Shown here: one piece after another, positions 61,902-64,000 of the stretch
How positions within the stretch are numbered: position 1 is the first letter of the stretch
How the letters are laid out: each line of letters begins with the position of its first letter
Origin: an uncultured archaeon
GTDB lineage: Archaea; Thermoproteota; Nitrososphaeria; Nitrososphaerales; Gagatemarchaeaceae
Length of the DNA stretch: 64,000 nucleotides
Assembly: GCA_963799775.1 (NCBI GenBank)
Contig: CAWCYD010000003.1
Coordinates: 512,001 to 576,000, forward strand
Direction: 5' to 3'
Translations under genes and position numbers: made by a program
The notes under the pieces: model-generated
The model's input: only the letters and a program-made list of their open reading frames with translations
Told to the model about the DNA's origin: nothing
Databases searched by the model: none

Positions 61902-63627
61902 CTAGATCGCGTGGCCGAGGATGACGCCGGACAGGGCCACCATCATACCCCCGATGACCACGAGGGCCAGCGAGTGTTTGAAGCCGTCGGCTACCGTCCC
62001 ACCACCCATCTTCCCGGCGACGAATCCGATTACCCAGCCGTCGAAGATCGAGGCCGTCAGCAGTCCCTGTACTGCGTCGGGGGTGATGGTCAGCCCCGGC
62101 GTGGGTGCAGCGGTCCCGCCTAGCTTTATCGGTGTGGAGAGGAAGTAGACCATCATGAAGGTCGTGAGCGTGAGCATGATCCCCGCCATGTACACGACGA
62201 AGATGTACGACCTCAAAGCGGATTTCTTGTCTGACTCGAGCTCGTTCACCTTCTGGGTGAAGTCGGCCATCTGCGAGAAGCTCGTGACTGTTCCGCCGCC
62301 GACGTCGACCACTTCGACCATCAGCGTCCCGATCGCCATGGTGATCCAACTGTCGACAGATGACGCGAAGGTCTTGATGACTTTGATGATTGGAAGGCCC
62401 CGATGATATCTGGGCCCCCATCGTCTTGATTGACTTTGAGAGACGGCCGTAATTCTTGGACGCGAGCTGCTCGATGCTCCCTTCGGGAGAAAGACCGATC
62501 TTTCTCCCCTCCGCGACGTCACGGATAAAGTCAGGAAGGGCTTTCTCCAGTCCGTTCCTTTCCCTTGACTGCCTGAATGCCGCGATCGAGGGAATCACCA
62601 TTATCGAGCCGAGAGCAATGGACACATGGAGGCTCAGTTGAAGGGGCAGGGGCAGTAGGTAGATGACCAGCCCGATGGGGCAGCAGGCCAAGAACACATA
62701 GTACGGACTCTTGTTGAAGTACGGCTGTTTCGGCTGCGTCCCGTCGATGATGAAGATGAAGAGCGCGGATATTGCGGGGACTACGAGGTAAGAGAAGATG
62801 TAGAGGCTCTGCAATCCGCTGCTGTTGTGGGCCACCACTCCCTCTAGTTGGTAGAGGCTGAACAGAGTTATCCCCATGACGGCGGTGACCGTGAGATACG
62901 CCTCGGCGAGCGTTCCCACGGAGTCGGTGATCCTCCTCACTTTGGAGCTTCTTAGCTCCAATGTCTCTTTCAACTTGTTGTTCACGTAGTTCTTGACGTC
63001 GCCCCCTACCTTCAGCACCGTGGTGTATCCGTAAAGGAACTCTGCGAACGGCTTGTTGGGCATATGTCTTGCCGCGGTCTCGAACGCAGTGATAGGGTCG
63101 GTTCCGAAGACCTCTATGTCGACCAGCAACCTCTTCGCTTCCTTCGCGGACGCGGGAAATATCTTGGACATGCCGGAAATCCTACGAAGGGTCGAAACAG
63201 GTGAGACTCCCCCGCCTGAAAGGACGCCTAGGAATCCGATCAACATGGGGAGCTCGTTGTCTAGGGCTTGGGAGCGGGAGCTCTGTGATGCCTTCGGTGC
63301 GTTCCATATCATCACGAAGACGATCGGTGGGGCGAGGAAGGCGAAGTAGAGGTAGATTATGTGTAGTTCCATCCCGAGAATGATGCAGACTACGACCGGT
63401 ATCAAGGACAGGATGGTCGAGAAGAGCGCAAGGGAGACAAGGGCTTCAGGAGTAATTCGCATGCTCGATTTCAGTATCTGCTCCCTCATGTCCGGGGAGG
63501 ACTTCGCTATCTTCTTCCCCTGGGATCCGAAGATCTTGTAGGCTATCGCCGCCGTCCGGTCGAAGAGACCGAGCTTGGTGCCTCCGTTCTTCCTGCGGGC
63601 TGCGGTCTCGATCGCGACCTGGGTCAA
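61902..63627 (-). CDS. Type IV pilus membrane platform protein (TadC/ArlJ-like, T2SSF); frameshift near 62400
   Basis: LDNELP..GVSP, GTDPITAFE..P, LAEAY, LPDFIRDVAE..GLS, GFVAGKM..GFKH. Confidence 0.88.
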
Positions 63628-64000
63628 AGCTTGAACCCTTCGCGCATCTCTGCCTGGATGGCCAAGCCGGCCTTCCCAAGGCCCATCCCTTGCGCGATCG
63701 AACACCTCGCGCGAGTGGGCCCTGTACTCCTCGAAGACCAAGGAGAGCTCTCGAAAGTTCCGGATCTCCCTTTGTTGGGCCCACCGCATGACCATGCTCC
63801 TCCGTTCGATCTCCATCATCAGGTCGGGTAGGGTAGTCCCGGTGTCCCTTGCCAGCCTTGCGAGCTTGACGCTCGTCTTGTAAGGCGATGCGACCTGCTT
63901 GTCGGTCGCTGGATCCCACTTGAACATCCTGACGTAGTTTCCGACGCTGACAACCTCGTCGACCGAGAGAACCCTCCTCATCGTCTTGAAGCCACCGCCT
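63624..64000 (-). CDS. C-terminus of a type II/IV secretion ATPase (PilB/ArlI-like), truncated by the window edge
   Basis: RRVLSVDEV..FKWDPATD..EIERR..L.W..IRNF; corrected stop overlaps the TTG of the platform gene. Confidence 0.8.

Noticed and set aside
61813-63981. Apparent ATPase-TadC fusion ORF
   Set aside because: An indel near 63682; the corrected ATPase ends at a TGA overlapping the TTG start at 63627.
1-64000. Widespread frameshifts suggesting pseudogenisation or programmed frameshifting
   Set aside because: They hit essential genes (aspS, gatA, gatB, gap), mostly at G/C runs, and I saw no accompanying decay of motifs. This pattern fits long-read consensus error.
1-64000. tRNA, rRNA or CRISPR arrays
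   Set aside because: None recognised by eye; a covariance-model scan would be needed to exclude intron-containing tRNAs or small RNAs.

Overview
Archaeal, GC-rich chromosomal window. Gene content points to a non-ammonia-oxidising Nitrososphaerota/TACK-type lineage (inference): F420 cofC/D/E, archaeosine tgtA, gatCAB with AspRS, type II GAPDH, PAC2, a beta-CASP RNase, an L38e-like protein and FtsZ. About 20 genes, including essential ones, carry indels, mostly in G/C runs, so frameshifts are best read as long-read consensus errors. Layout: heme o synthase, PQQ dehydrogenase and Tat (1-7 kb); F420, Mrp and Moco genes (7-12 kb); Thr-rich surface protein, gatCAB and aspS (12-20 kb); an intact IS5 element, Moco operon and TnpB (20-27 kb); housekeeping genes plus an intein-split sulfite-oxidase-family gene (27-40 kb); an accessory island of toxin-antitoxin-like modules around ftsZ (41-49 kb); a type IV pilus/adhesin locus (51-64 kb). 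Five observations stand out. (1) A 1873-aa pilin-like adhesin has domains nested inside each other like Russian dolls. (2) Four co-oriented 28-bp palindromic sites punctuate the TA island. (3) An orphan copy of the TnpB omega-RNA lies 16 kb from tnpB and shows compensatory base changes. (4) A LAGLIDADG intein ending in Gln-Asp is inserted at the predicted Mo-ligating Cys. (5) Three tiny CxFC...HLxxxHGL zinc-finger paralogues are present, one missed by the ORF track.
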